Part shown: positions 16,751-23,398 of the stretch, one piece after another | Layout: each line of letters begins with the position of its first letter | How positions within the stretch are numbered: position 1 is the stretch's first letter | Virus record (IMG/VR): IMGVR_UViG_3300046011_002684 | Span: 1 to 64,000 of that record | Reading direction: 5' to 3' (one strand) | From: a virus | Length of the DNA: 64,000 nt | Notes under the pieces: model-generated | The model's input: the letters and a program-made list of their open reading frames with translations, nothing else | What the model was told of the DNA's origin: nothing | Database searches by the model: none | Program-made: the position numbers and the translations under genes

Positions 16751-16821
16751 ATGTTCATTGTTTCGATAGTAGTAATATAAGCTATTCAGATCGGGTTGTA
16801 AATCCCCTAAATGAATTTTTT

Positions 16822-16895
16822 TGGATGCCCGTCGAGGATTCGAACCGCGATTACTAGGGTCAGAGCCTAGCGTCCTACCGTTAGACGAACGGGCA
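16822..16895 (-). tRNA. tRNA-Gln(CUG)
   Basis: U1:A72, loop CUCUGAC, CCA. Confidence 0.93.
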
Positions 16896-16902
16896 ACGTA
16901 TT

Positions 16903-16979
16903 TGGTGTCCCTGAGAGGATTCGAACCTCCAACTTCGTGGCCCTCAACCACGAGACTCTACCAATTGGTCTACAAGGAC
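16903..16979 (-). tRNA. tRNA-Leu(GAG), short variable arm
   Basis: Loop UUGAGGG, A73, CCA. Confidence 0.88.
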
Positions 16980-16984
16980 ATATT

Positions 16985-17059
16985 TGGAGCGGAGAATGGG
17001 ATTCGAACCCACGGCCATCTCGTTGGCAACGAGAAGCTCTACCACTGAGCTACCTCCGC
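16985..17059 (-). tRNA. tRNA-Gly(GCC)
   Basis: Loop UUGCCAA, U73, CCA. Confidence 0.95.
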
Positions 17060-17064
17060 ATTAT

Positions 17065-17139
17065 TGGTACTGGATAGTGGGATCGAACCACGTCCACCTC
17101 AGTCACAGTGAGGGATGCAACCATTACACCTTATCCAGC
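17065..17139 (-). tRNA. tRNA-His(GUG), no G-1, A73
   Basis: Loop CUGUGAC, G1:U72, A73, preceded by T. Confidence 0.88.
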
Positions 17140-17146
17140 ATTATCT

Positions 17147-17222
17147 TGGTGCTCCCGGTAGGACTCTAACCTACAACCATTGGTTTCGAAGACCAGCGCT
17201 CTTACAATTGAGCTACGGAAGC
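17147..17222 (-). tRNA. tRNA-Arg(UCG)
   Basis: Loop CUUCGAA, variant T loop UUAGAGU, CCA. Confidence 0.88.
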
Positions 17223-17369
17223 GTAATTCCCGGGCCATCTCACAATTGGGACTCTTACCCCTGCATCCGAGCTAAGACTCAGACCGTGTTACCCGATACG
17301 CCGAGTAGCCCTGTGGCGTATGCAGTATTCTCATCATAGCAAATGTCGACCTTCGCTACAACGTTTTAT

Positions 17370-17442
17370 TGGCGCTCCTGGAATGAGTTGAACATTCGTA
17401 AGCAGGCTTCGTAGACCCGCCACCGGGTCCGCCGGCAGAAGC
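17370..17442 (-). tRNA. tRNA-Arg(ACG), non-canonical D arm
   Basis: Loop CUACGAA, 6-bp anticodon stem, G73, CCA. Confidence 0.75.
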
Positions 17443-17443
17443 A

Positions 17444-17749
17444 TTATGGCATATAAAGACCTTCGATTTCTGGATCAGTGATCATTTCAGGCATATCATC
17501 GATCCAAACATCGATATTGATATTGTGAACATGATGCATAAAGTGTCGCTTAGGGCGAAGACCAGTACCAAAGCAATTCTCTGCACCGATCACTCGGCCG
17601 ATCGTCATCTTTGGATCATCCATGTGCTGAGTTCCACGAGCGGATACGCAGTAGACTTTATGTCCACGGTTCAACGCTTCTTGTGCGAACCAGTTCCAGA
17701 GAAGTGGATCCTTGGTATAGGTATCATCGTAATCAATTGAGATATTCAT
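17444..17749 (-). CDS. HAD-superfamily phosphatase
   Basis: ISIDYDDT (DxDxT), VSAR, K, WIDD; GGAG RBS at the trimmed start. Confidence 0.75.
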   Translation of the reverse strand: MNISIDYDDTYTKDPLLWNWFAQEALNRGHKVYCVSARGTQHMDDPKMTIGRVIGAENCFGTGLRPKRHFMHHVHNINIDVWIDDMPEMITDPEIEGLYMP

Positions 17750-17807
17750 CTTTGTCTCCTTTACCGGATCACTATAATCTAAACTTGGCCACATGTAAAC
17801 CTCTAAA

Positions 17808-17881
17808 TGGTGCTGCTAGGAAGAATCGAACTTCCGTTTCACCCGTACCAAGGGCGTGTATTACCATTGTACTATAGCAGC
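17808..17881 (-). tRNA. tRNA-Thr(GGU)
   Basis: Loop UUGGUAC, CCA. Confidence 0.93.
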
Positions 17882-17886
17882 GTTGT

Positions 17887-17961
17887 TGGTGCCTCCACTA
17901 AGAGTCGAACTTAGACCTTCCCCATGTCACGGGATCGAGCAAACCGTTACACCATGGAGGC
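17887..17961 (-). tRNA. tRNA-Val(GAC)
   Basis: Loop GUGACAU, A73, CCA. Confidence 0.85.
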
Positions 17962-17967
17962 ATTGAT

Positions 17968-18044
17968 TGGTATCCCCAGCGGGTGTCGATCCCGCTTCTT
18001 CGCCTTGAAAGGGCGATGATCTAGCCAACGTAATCTATGGGGAC
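17968..18044 (-). tRNA. tRNA-Glu(UUC)
   Basis: Loop CUUUCAA, CCA. Confidence 0.9.
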
Positions 18045-18051
18045 GTTGTAT

Positions 18052-18143
18052 TGGTGGGAGTGTGTTGAATCGAACAACTTGCCTCTTCAGGAACGGATTT
18101 ACAGTCCGCTGCTAGCACCAGCATAGCCTTATTTGACACTCCC
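18052..18143 (-). tRNA. tRNA-Tyr(GUA) with extended acceptor-D connector
   Basis: Loop CUGUAAA, long variable arm, A73, CCA; about 7 extra nt after position 7. Confidence 0.82.
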
Positions 18144-18148
18144 AATTT

Positions 18149-18223
18149 TGGTTGTAGTGGGTGGGATTGAACCACCGACCTATCCCTTATCAGGGGATTG
18201 CTCTACCACTGAGCTACACCACA
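18149..18223 (-). tRNA. tRNA-Ile(GAU)
   Basis: Loop CUGAUAA, CCA. Confidence 0.93.
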
Positions 18224-18271
18224 AAAATTCAGCCGGAAATTCTTTTAATGTGCAGCCGGATCTGTCACAAT

Positions 18272-18347
18272 TGGTGCGGATGAAGAGAATCGAACTCCTG
18301 ACACCATGCTCTTCAGGCACGTGCTCTACCAACTGAGCTACATCCGC
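18272..18347 (-). tRNA. tRNA-Phe(GAA)
   Basis: Loop CUGAAGA, CCA. Confidence 0.95.
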
Positions 18348-18351
18348 GTAT

Positions 18352-18429
18352 TGGCTGTCCTAAGAGGACTCGAACCTCTCTCCATCCTGGTTAACAGCCA
18401 GGTGCCGTCACCTGGACGACTCTAGGACA
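18352..18429 (-). tRNA. tRNA-Asn(GUU), second copy
   Basis: Loop CUGUUAA, G73, CCA; divergent D arm. Confidence 0.88.
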
Positions 18430-18435
18430 AATATT

Positions 18436-18513
18436 TGGTGAACCGGGTGAGACTCGAACTCACGTTGTCGCGGATTAAGAGCCCGCCGCTAAAACCACCT
18501 CAGCTACCGGTCC
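18436..18513 (-). tRNA. tRNA-Lys(CUU)
   Basis: Loop CUCUUAA, CCA. Confidence 0.92.
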
Positions 18514-18515
18514 GT

Positions 18516-18605
18516 ATTACTTAGAAGATATACTGATGAGGAATCGAACCTCCCACAGTCGCGCCCTGTGCCTGGTTTGCCAGGTCAGTATATCATCAAA
18601 GTAAT
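18516..18605 (-). ncRNA. tRNA-shaped RNA with extended closing stem and no CCA
   Basis: GAUAUACUGA/UCAGUAUAUC; CCUGG-CAAA-CCAGG; CACAG-GGCGCGA-CUGUG; GAGG-UUCGAUU-CCUC. Confidence 0.6.
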
Positions 18606-18680
18606 GGTGGATCCGGTCGGACTCGAACCGACGTACTCCGATTAAAAGTCGGGTGCTAAAACCACCTCAGCTACGGATCC
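18605..18680 (-). tRNA. tRNA-Lys(UUU)
   Basis: Loop CUUUUAA, CCA. Confidence 0.93.
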
Positions 18681-18813
18681 AATCTCGAAGCGCCATTCTC
18701 TCATCACGGCGTTCCGCTTTCTTAGTCTTCCCGTGTGCGCCAGAAGGACGTTTGGAAAGATGAAGGACGAATGGGTTTCGTGCCTTCGGTAGTTCCTTAT
18801 GTTTTCGTTTCAT
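18667..18813 (-). CDS. 48-aa basic protein MKRKHKELPKARNPFVLHLSKRPSGAHGKTKKAERRDERMALRDWIRS; stop codon inside tRNA-Lys
   Basis: AAGGA RBS; open frame read manually; below the ORF-track cutoff. Confidence 0.65.
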   Translation of the reverse strand: MKRKHKELPKARNPFVLHLSKRPSGAHGKTKKAERRDERMALRDWIRS

Positions 18814-18822
18814 TTCGTTTCC

Positions 18823-18945
18823 TTAGTTAGCATATTGAGCGTTGAAAAGAGCTGCCTGATAGGTGCCACCGTAAACAACTTTGTCATCAGACAGACGACG
18901 TCCGAACCATTTGCCGCTTACGTTCCAGAAGGTCCAACCTTGCAT
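18823..18945 (-). CDS. 40-aa early protein MQGWTFWNVSGKWFGRRLSDDKVVYGGTYQAALFNAQYAN
   Basis: AAGGA RBS directly behind the early promoter at 18997. Confidence 0.6.
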   Translation of the reverse strand: MQGWTFWNVSGKWFGRRLSDDKVVYGGTYQAALFNAQYAN

Positions 18946-19033
18946 GTTCTTTCCTTTCGTTCCTTATAGTAGTAATATAAGGTATAGGTTATGGTTTGTA
19001 AACCCCCTATTTTCATTTTGTTCGAATTATTTT

Positions 19034-19105
19034 TGGTGGTGCCAGATGGACTCGAACCATCTCTTCGGGCTTATGAGACCCAAGTCGGAACCGTTCCGTG
19101 TCACC
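19034..19105 (-). tRNA. tRNA with CAU anticodon (Met or Ile2), non-canonical D arm
   Basis: Loop CUCAUAA, 6-bp anticodon stem, A73, CCA. Confidence 0.72.
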
Positions 19106-19110
19106 AATAT

Positions 19111-19192
19111 TGGAGGTGTGTGTCAGAATCGAACTGACTACTTTCGTGCTATGGATTTGCAATCCATCCCCTTACCATCCGGGCCACACACC
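19111..19192 (-). tRNA. tRNA-Cys(GCA) with long variable arm
   Basis: Loop UUGCAAA, U73, CCA, variable AC-GAAA-GU hairpin. Confidence 0.88.
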
Positions 19193-19198
19193 GTTATT

Positions 19199-19273
19199 TG
19201 GCGAAGGTGGTAGGAATCGAACCCACTACGCGCGGTTTTGGAGACCGCCGCTCTACCATTGAGCTACACCGAC
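19199..19273 (-). tRNA. tRNA-Trp(CCA)
   Basis: Loop CUCCAAA, G73; two mismatches in the acceptor stem. Confidence 0.85.
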
Positions 19274-19279
19274 ATATTT

Positions 19280-19357
19280 TGGTCTGGGTGAGAGGATTTG
19301 AACCTCCGACTTCTTGCTTCCAAGGCAAGCACTCTACGCAGACTGAGCTACACCCAG
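19280..19357 (-). tRNA. tRNA-Pro(UGG), third copy
   Basis: C1:G72, A73, loop CUUGGAA. Confidence 0.9.
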
Positions 19358-19365
19358 ATGATTAT

Positions 19366-19440
19366 TGGTTGGGAAGGGTGGATTCGAACCACCGGCCTGC
19401 TGATTCAAAGTCAGTTATTCTGCCGCTGAACTACTTCCCA
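19366..19440 (-). tRNA. tRNA-Gln(UUG)
   Basis: U1:A72, loop CUUUGAA, CCA. Confidence 0.93.
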
Positions 19441-19500
19441 ACAGTAGCAGTAATCTGCTACATATTTTACTTTATCTCTTTTATTCTCATAAATAAAATT

Positions 19501-19998
19501 ATGAAAAAGTTACTCCTATGTTTTTTGTTATGTGGAGGTTGCGCTAGTCAAGATGTTCAAGACTCTTATTCAGTAGGTACTACATTATCTACTGCCAGTG
19601 CAATGGTAGGTCTTCATGAGAAAAGGGACCGAGTTGAACTAACAAGATTGATCGGGGTTGACCCAGTACGTACTGAATGGTGCGCAGCCTTCGTGAATTC
19701 CATTTTAAATCTAAATGGCATACCTGGTTCAGAAGTTGTAAGTAGGCATCCACTTACCGCTAAGAGTTTTATCTATTGGGGTAGCTTTGCTATAACTCCT
19801 GAGTTCGGTGATGTTGTTGTATTTCCAAGAGGTAATCAAGGTTGGCAAGGACATGTGGGATTCTACATCACTACAGTAAAGCAGGATGGAATCGACCATT
19901 ATGTTATCCTTGGTGGTAACCAAGATAACCGTGTTTCATATGATCTTTATCCAGCGTCCAAAGCGATTGCTATCAGACGCTGGATAATAGATCCATAA
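19501..19998 (+). CDS. TIGR02594-type (NlpC/P60/CHAP-like) peptidoglycan hydrolase, probable lipoprotein
   Basis: WCAAFVN, GDVVVF, QGHVGFY, ILGGNQ; signal MKKLLLCFLLCGGC; CATAAATA late-promoter variant upstream. Confidence 0.85.
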   Translation: MKKLLLCFLLCGGCASQDVQDSYSVGTTLSTASAMVGLHEKRDRVELTRLIGVDPVRTEWCAAFVNSILNLNGIPGSEVVSRHPLTAKSFIYWGSFAITPEFGDVVVFPRGNQGWQGHVGFYITTVKQDGIDHYVILGGNQDNRVSYDLYPASKAIAIRRWIIDP

Positions 19999-20033
19999 TG
20001 GGGTCATCGGACGAATCCTATCCCATACAGATA

Positions 20034-20049
20034 AATTGTCAAAGAGCGT
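20034..20049 (-). promoter_or_regulatory. boxA-like antitermination element
   Basis: ACGCTCTTTGACAATT, identical to 14428-14443. Confidence 0.7.
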
Positions 20050-20081
20050 GGGAGATTGATGTAATCGCTTCGTCCCGAAAT

Positions 20082-20114
20082 AAAAAAACCCTCCAGATCT
20101 TTCGATCGGAGGGT
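20082..20114 (-). terminator. Intrinsic terminator of the candidate attenuator
   Basis: ACCCUCC-GAUC-GAAA-GAUC-U-GGAGGGU followed by a U run. Confidence 0.85.
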
Positions 20115-20138
20115 CTTGGAATTCGATGTTAACTTGCG

Positions 20139-20252
20139 TTAACCGTTTCCGTAACCCTCCATGTATCCCATAATCCATTCACCACACACATGGAGTCGAT
20201 TGCATGGGAATGCATTCGAAATCTGGCGTTGATATGTAAACGGTTTATTCAT
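20139..20252 (-). promoter_or_regulatory. 37-codon leader peptide MNKPFTYQRQISNAFPCNRLHVCGEWIMGYMEGYGNG containing an antiterminator strand
   Basis: Lies between the promoter at 20309 and the terminator; internal GGAGGGU (20154-20160) duplicates the 3' terminator strand. Confidence 0.65.
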
Positions 20253-20345
20253 GGAAGTTTGTTATTCCTAGTTGGTGTTCTATTAGTATATATCATTCTA
20301 GGTTGCTTTGTAAACCCCCAAAATGAACTTTTTTCAAAAAAGATT

Positions 20346-20421
20346 TGGTGCTCCCAGTAGGACTCGAACCTACGATCAAGACGTTATGAGCGTCCGGCTT
20401 TAGCCGCTAAGCTATAGGAGC
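20346..20421 (-). tRNA. tRNA with CAU anticodon (Ile2 or elongator Met)
   Basis: Loop CUCAUAA, CCA. Confidence 0.9.
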
Positions 20422-20424
20422 AAT

Positions 20425-20515
20425 TGGTAGAAGTGGGTGGATTCGAACCACCTCAAAGGCGCTAATCTGGCGCAAAGAGTTTATAAGACTCCTCTGACTA
20501 CCAAGTCTCACTTCC
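20425..20515 (-). tRNA. tRNA-Ile(UAU), short D arm and long variable arm
   Basis: Loop CUUAUAA, canonical T arm, A73, CCA. Confidence 0.72.
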
Positions 20516-20516
20516 A

Positions 20517-20669
20517 TTATTTGTTATTCAAGGTTTTGATTCTTTCTTTAATCCAGTTTACAACCGTTAGCCATTCTTCATCTTGATATGTAATATCTAC
20601 TGTTTCAAGATTACTGAGTGCGATCATAAGACCGTGTTGTTCAGAATAGTCTAGACTGGATTTAGCCAT
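20517..20669 (-). CDS. 50-aa hypothetical protein
   Basis: GAGG RBS; fills the gap between two tRNAs. Confidence 0.55.
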   Translation of the reverse strand: MAKSSLDYSEQHGLMIALSNLETVDITYQDEEWLTVVNWIKERIKTLNNK

Positions 20670-20684
20670 TACAACCTCTAGATT

Positions 20685-20767
20685 TGGTACGGGCACCCGG
20701 ACTCGAACCGGGATGCATTAAGCGAGAGATTTTAAGTCTCTTGTGGCTACCGTTTCACCATGCCCGC
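20685..20767 (-). tRNA. tRNA-Leu(UAA)
   Basis: Loop CUUAAAA, long variable arm, CCA. Confidence 0.93.
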
Positions 20768-20773
20768 ATAGAT

Positions 20774-20849
<76 letters not shown>

Positions 20850-20857
20850 ATTATCTC

Positions 20858-21325
20858 TTATTTGACAAAATCTACTTTATACTCTTTTCCATCGATTGTA
20901 AACATCAAAGTGGAGTGTGAGTAAATTTTTCTTGGTTCATCTATATATGTGACTTTATCGTAACAGCTTTTTTCTTCACGGTAACCAACGATCACTTGCT
21001 CGGTCTTCGGTTTGCTACCTTGATCTGCTCCAATAATACCACCTACAATAGCACCAGCAGCTGCACCATTATCTTTGTCAGTAATTGCTTTACCAGCTAC
21101 ACCACCGATGATCATACCAAGAAGCGCACCACCAGCAGCATTTCCGGAGCGGGAGCGGGTTTCATATACAGGTACTTCGATCACTTCACAGTAAAGATCG
21201 ACTACTTCCTTTGTTACATACTCAGTAACATAGTTGTCTTTTACTTTTGCGTTTACCTTCTCAGCATTAGCCGGCAAGGAAAAGCTGATCAAGATAGTCG
21301 TCGCTATAGTAAGGGTCTTCTTCAT
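20858..21325 (-). CDS. exported glycine-zipper protein
   Basis: Signal peptide; GALLGMIIGGVAG...GAAAGAIVGGIIG. Confidence 0.8.
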   Translation of the reverse strand: MKKTLTIATTILISFSLPANAEKVNAKVKDNYVTEYVTKEVVDLYCEVIEVPVYETRSRSGNAAGGALLGMIIGGVAGKAITDKDNGAAAGAIVGGIIGADQGSKPKTEQVIVGYREEKSCYDKVTYIDEPRKIYSHSTLMFTIDGKEYKVDFVK

Positions 21326-21548
21326 GGGGCATCTCCAAGCCAGTTTCGGGTGTCTTCATTTCACATGAATTGAAGTACTCTTCCCAGTACGTATTTACCA
21401 TTTTTTCTGTGGTGATATCTTCGATCGAACTGAATTTGCCAAAGGCAAACTTCATGATTTCACCTGCAACTTCCATCTCGAAGTCAGACATGATAGAGTT
21501 GGTCATAGTATTGTATCCCGTCCTTTGAATCACTCTAATATTATACAC
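21267..21548 (-). CDS. hypothetical acidic protein
   Basis: Behind the early promoter at 21563; true start probably the internal MTNS. Confidence 0.55.
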   Translation of the reverse strand: MYNIRVIQRTGYNTMTNSIMSDFEMEVAGEIMKFAFGKFSSIEDITTEKMVNTYWEEYFNSCEMKTPETGLEMPHEEDPYYSDDYLDQLFLAG

Positions 21549-21572
21549 ACGAGGTAGCGGGTTGTAAACCCC

Positions 21573-22787
21573 CTATTTCGAGAAAATATCGGTAAACTTT
21601 GAAGTGATTTCAGATATATATCCTTCGTCCGCAATAAGTGGTGCGCATAGATACAGATTTGGTATTTCTGCTAATTTTCCGCTGAGTCCAAATTTATGTT
21701 GATTTCTTGCTTGAAATTTATCTGTCAGATCCATACTCATCATAACCCCGGCTGTTCTATAGGAAAGAATTAAACCAGTCTCTAAGAAATGATTACCCAT
21801 TTCATTAAGCCATCCGTTAATCTTAGGAACATTATCAAGTATTTTATCCCTTTCATAAATCTTTTTAACTGCTTTAAGTGCCCCAATACCGCCCATATAC
21901 GGACAATAGGTGTGTCCGTATGAAAAATTATTCTTTATAATATCTTTTACTTTTTGGGTACAAACTGTTGCACCTAAAGGAGCATGCCCAGCTGTGATGC
22001 CTTTTCCTAGACATGAAATATCAGGTTGCACGCCACCCCCATGGGCTTTATGGGTGTGTATAGTTCCCATTTTACCAAATCCAGCAGAAACATCGTCGAT
22101 AATCATTAATATATCATACTCGTTACATATAGAACGAATTTTTTTCCAGAAATTTTCACTGAAAGGGGCTGTTTGGAACCAAGGAACTGGATCAAATACT
22201 ATAGCACCTATATAACGAGATTCTTTTTCTATTTGTTCTAAAAGATCGGATATTACCCTAGATTCTTCCCCCTCTCTTTCATTTAAATATCTCCAGGCGG
22301 GGCCTTTAATGAATATTGATCGTTCGCTATTCCAATATTGGTAATTTCTTATACCCATACTTTTAGTTAGATAAGAAGTGCCGTGCCATGTACCAGAAAA
22401 AGATATAATTTTCTTCTTTTCAAATTTACCTAGAGATTGCCAGTAAGAATCATTCATAGATATAGCACATTCTACTGCACCGGTGCCGGTAACAGACCAA
22501 GCTATACCAGACCAGTCTCCAGACTCACAGATCCAAGAAGAAACTTCTTCAATGCTATCAGTGGTCTGTGCCCTAGCGGTTTGACAGCGAGAAACAGAAA
22601 TTAACTCATTATAGATAGAATCTATAATTTCTTTATTACTATAACCTAAAGTAAAGGCTATAGAATGTGTATAATCTAAAAGTTTTCCGTGTTTTTCCGT
22701 ATAGAGGTAATGACCTTCGGTCTTATTAATATACGTAAATTCTTCTATACGTTTATTCAAAAACGGTAATATTGCATATTTAGACAT
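21573..22787 (-). CDS. class III PLP-dependent aminotransferase
   Basis: WHGTS, IIDDVSAGFGKMG, PDISCLGKGITAG, GHTY. Confidence 0.88.
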   Translation of the reverse strand: MSKYAILPFLNKRIEEFTYINKTEGHYLYTEKHGKLLDYTHSIAFTLGYSNKEIIDSIYNELISVSRCQTARAQTTDSIEEVSSWICESGDWSGIAWSVTGTGAVECAISMNDSYWQSLGKFEKKKIISFSGTWHGTSYLTKSMGIRNYQYWNSERSIFIKGPAWRYLNEREGEESRVISDLLEQIEKESRYIGAIVFDPVPWFQTAPFSENFWKKIRSICNEYDILMIIDDVSAGFGKMGTIHTHKAHGGGVQPDISCLGKGITAGHAPLGATVCTQKVKDIIKNNFSYGHTYCPYMGGIGALKAVKKIYERDKILDNVPKINGWLNEMGNHFLETGLILSYRTAGVMMSMDLTDKFQARNQHKFGLSGKLAEIPNLYLCAPLIADEGYISEITSKFTDIFSK

Positions 22788-22801
22788 AAAATTCCTATAT
22801 C

Positions 22802-23398
22802 TTACTTAGTAACAATCTCTACGTTTTCCGGAACCGCAAACTTAATATTATTATGGCGGTGGTGTAGAACGAACTGAGTATTCGGAAACTCTTTAAAAAG
22901 TTCCTGCCAAACAGGTCTCCAATTATTTGCGAGTCGAAGATTGTTTGTATCACCTCTATCTGACACAAGATAAAAGTCTGTACAACTTCTTAAATTAAAA
23001 TCGAACATAGAGTCGAATCCATACATATGGACTTCAGAACCTTTTAGTTTATTTGCTGCATAGTGAACAGCCATATGTCCACAATTAAAATTCGTATAGT
23101 TTTCAGCATAACTTGGTAATGTAAGATATACATCCCTTACATTATGCATCCACTTTATACGAAGATTCGGATTCATCTCAAGATATTTACTAGGTCTAAA
23201 TCCTAAAATCCAATCACCGGGAACAGTTACGCTTCCCTCGTGCATTGCTCTCATCATCTTAAAATCTACTATACAAGTGCCATATACCCCATCAACGGAG
23301 AATGGCGGTAAATTACAAGTTAGTTTCATCCCAGGAGAACCCTGCTTGTACATATGAGAATTATCACCATTGCCAATTACATGTATAACTTTAGCCAT
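22802..23398 (-). CDS. Rossmann-like putative glycosyltransferase (GT29/MAF-like)
   Basis: HVIGNG start, NCGHMAV, VHMYGFD. Confidence 0.5.
   Translation of the reverse strand: MAKVIHVIGNGDNSHMYKQGSPGMKLTCNLPPFSVDGVYGTCIVDFKMMRAMHEGSVTVPGDWILGFRPSKYLEMNPNLRIKWMHNVRDVYLTLPSYAENYTNFNCGHMAVHYAANKLKGSEVHMYGFDSMFDFNLRSCTDFYLVSDRGDTNNLRLANNWRPVWQELFKEFPNTQFVLHHRHNNIKFAVPENVEIVTK

Noticed and set aside
18229-18265. CAGCCGGA direct repeat as an eighth Y-like copy
   Set aside because: Lacks the 7-bp terminal stem followed by the NNNC-GCA motif at the expected spacing.
16730-18336. Short ORFs in the track overlapping tRNA genes
   Set aside because: Translations of tRNA sequence (GFEP/GIEP patterns), not proteins.
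19198-19500. N-terminal 101 aa of the 266-aa plus-strand ORF
   Set aside because: Antisense to three tRNA genes; the real start is ATG 19501 with a signal peptide.
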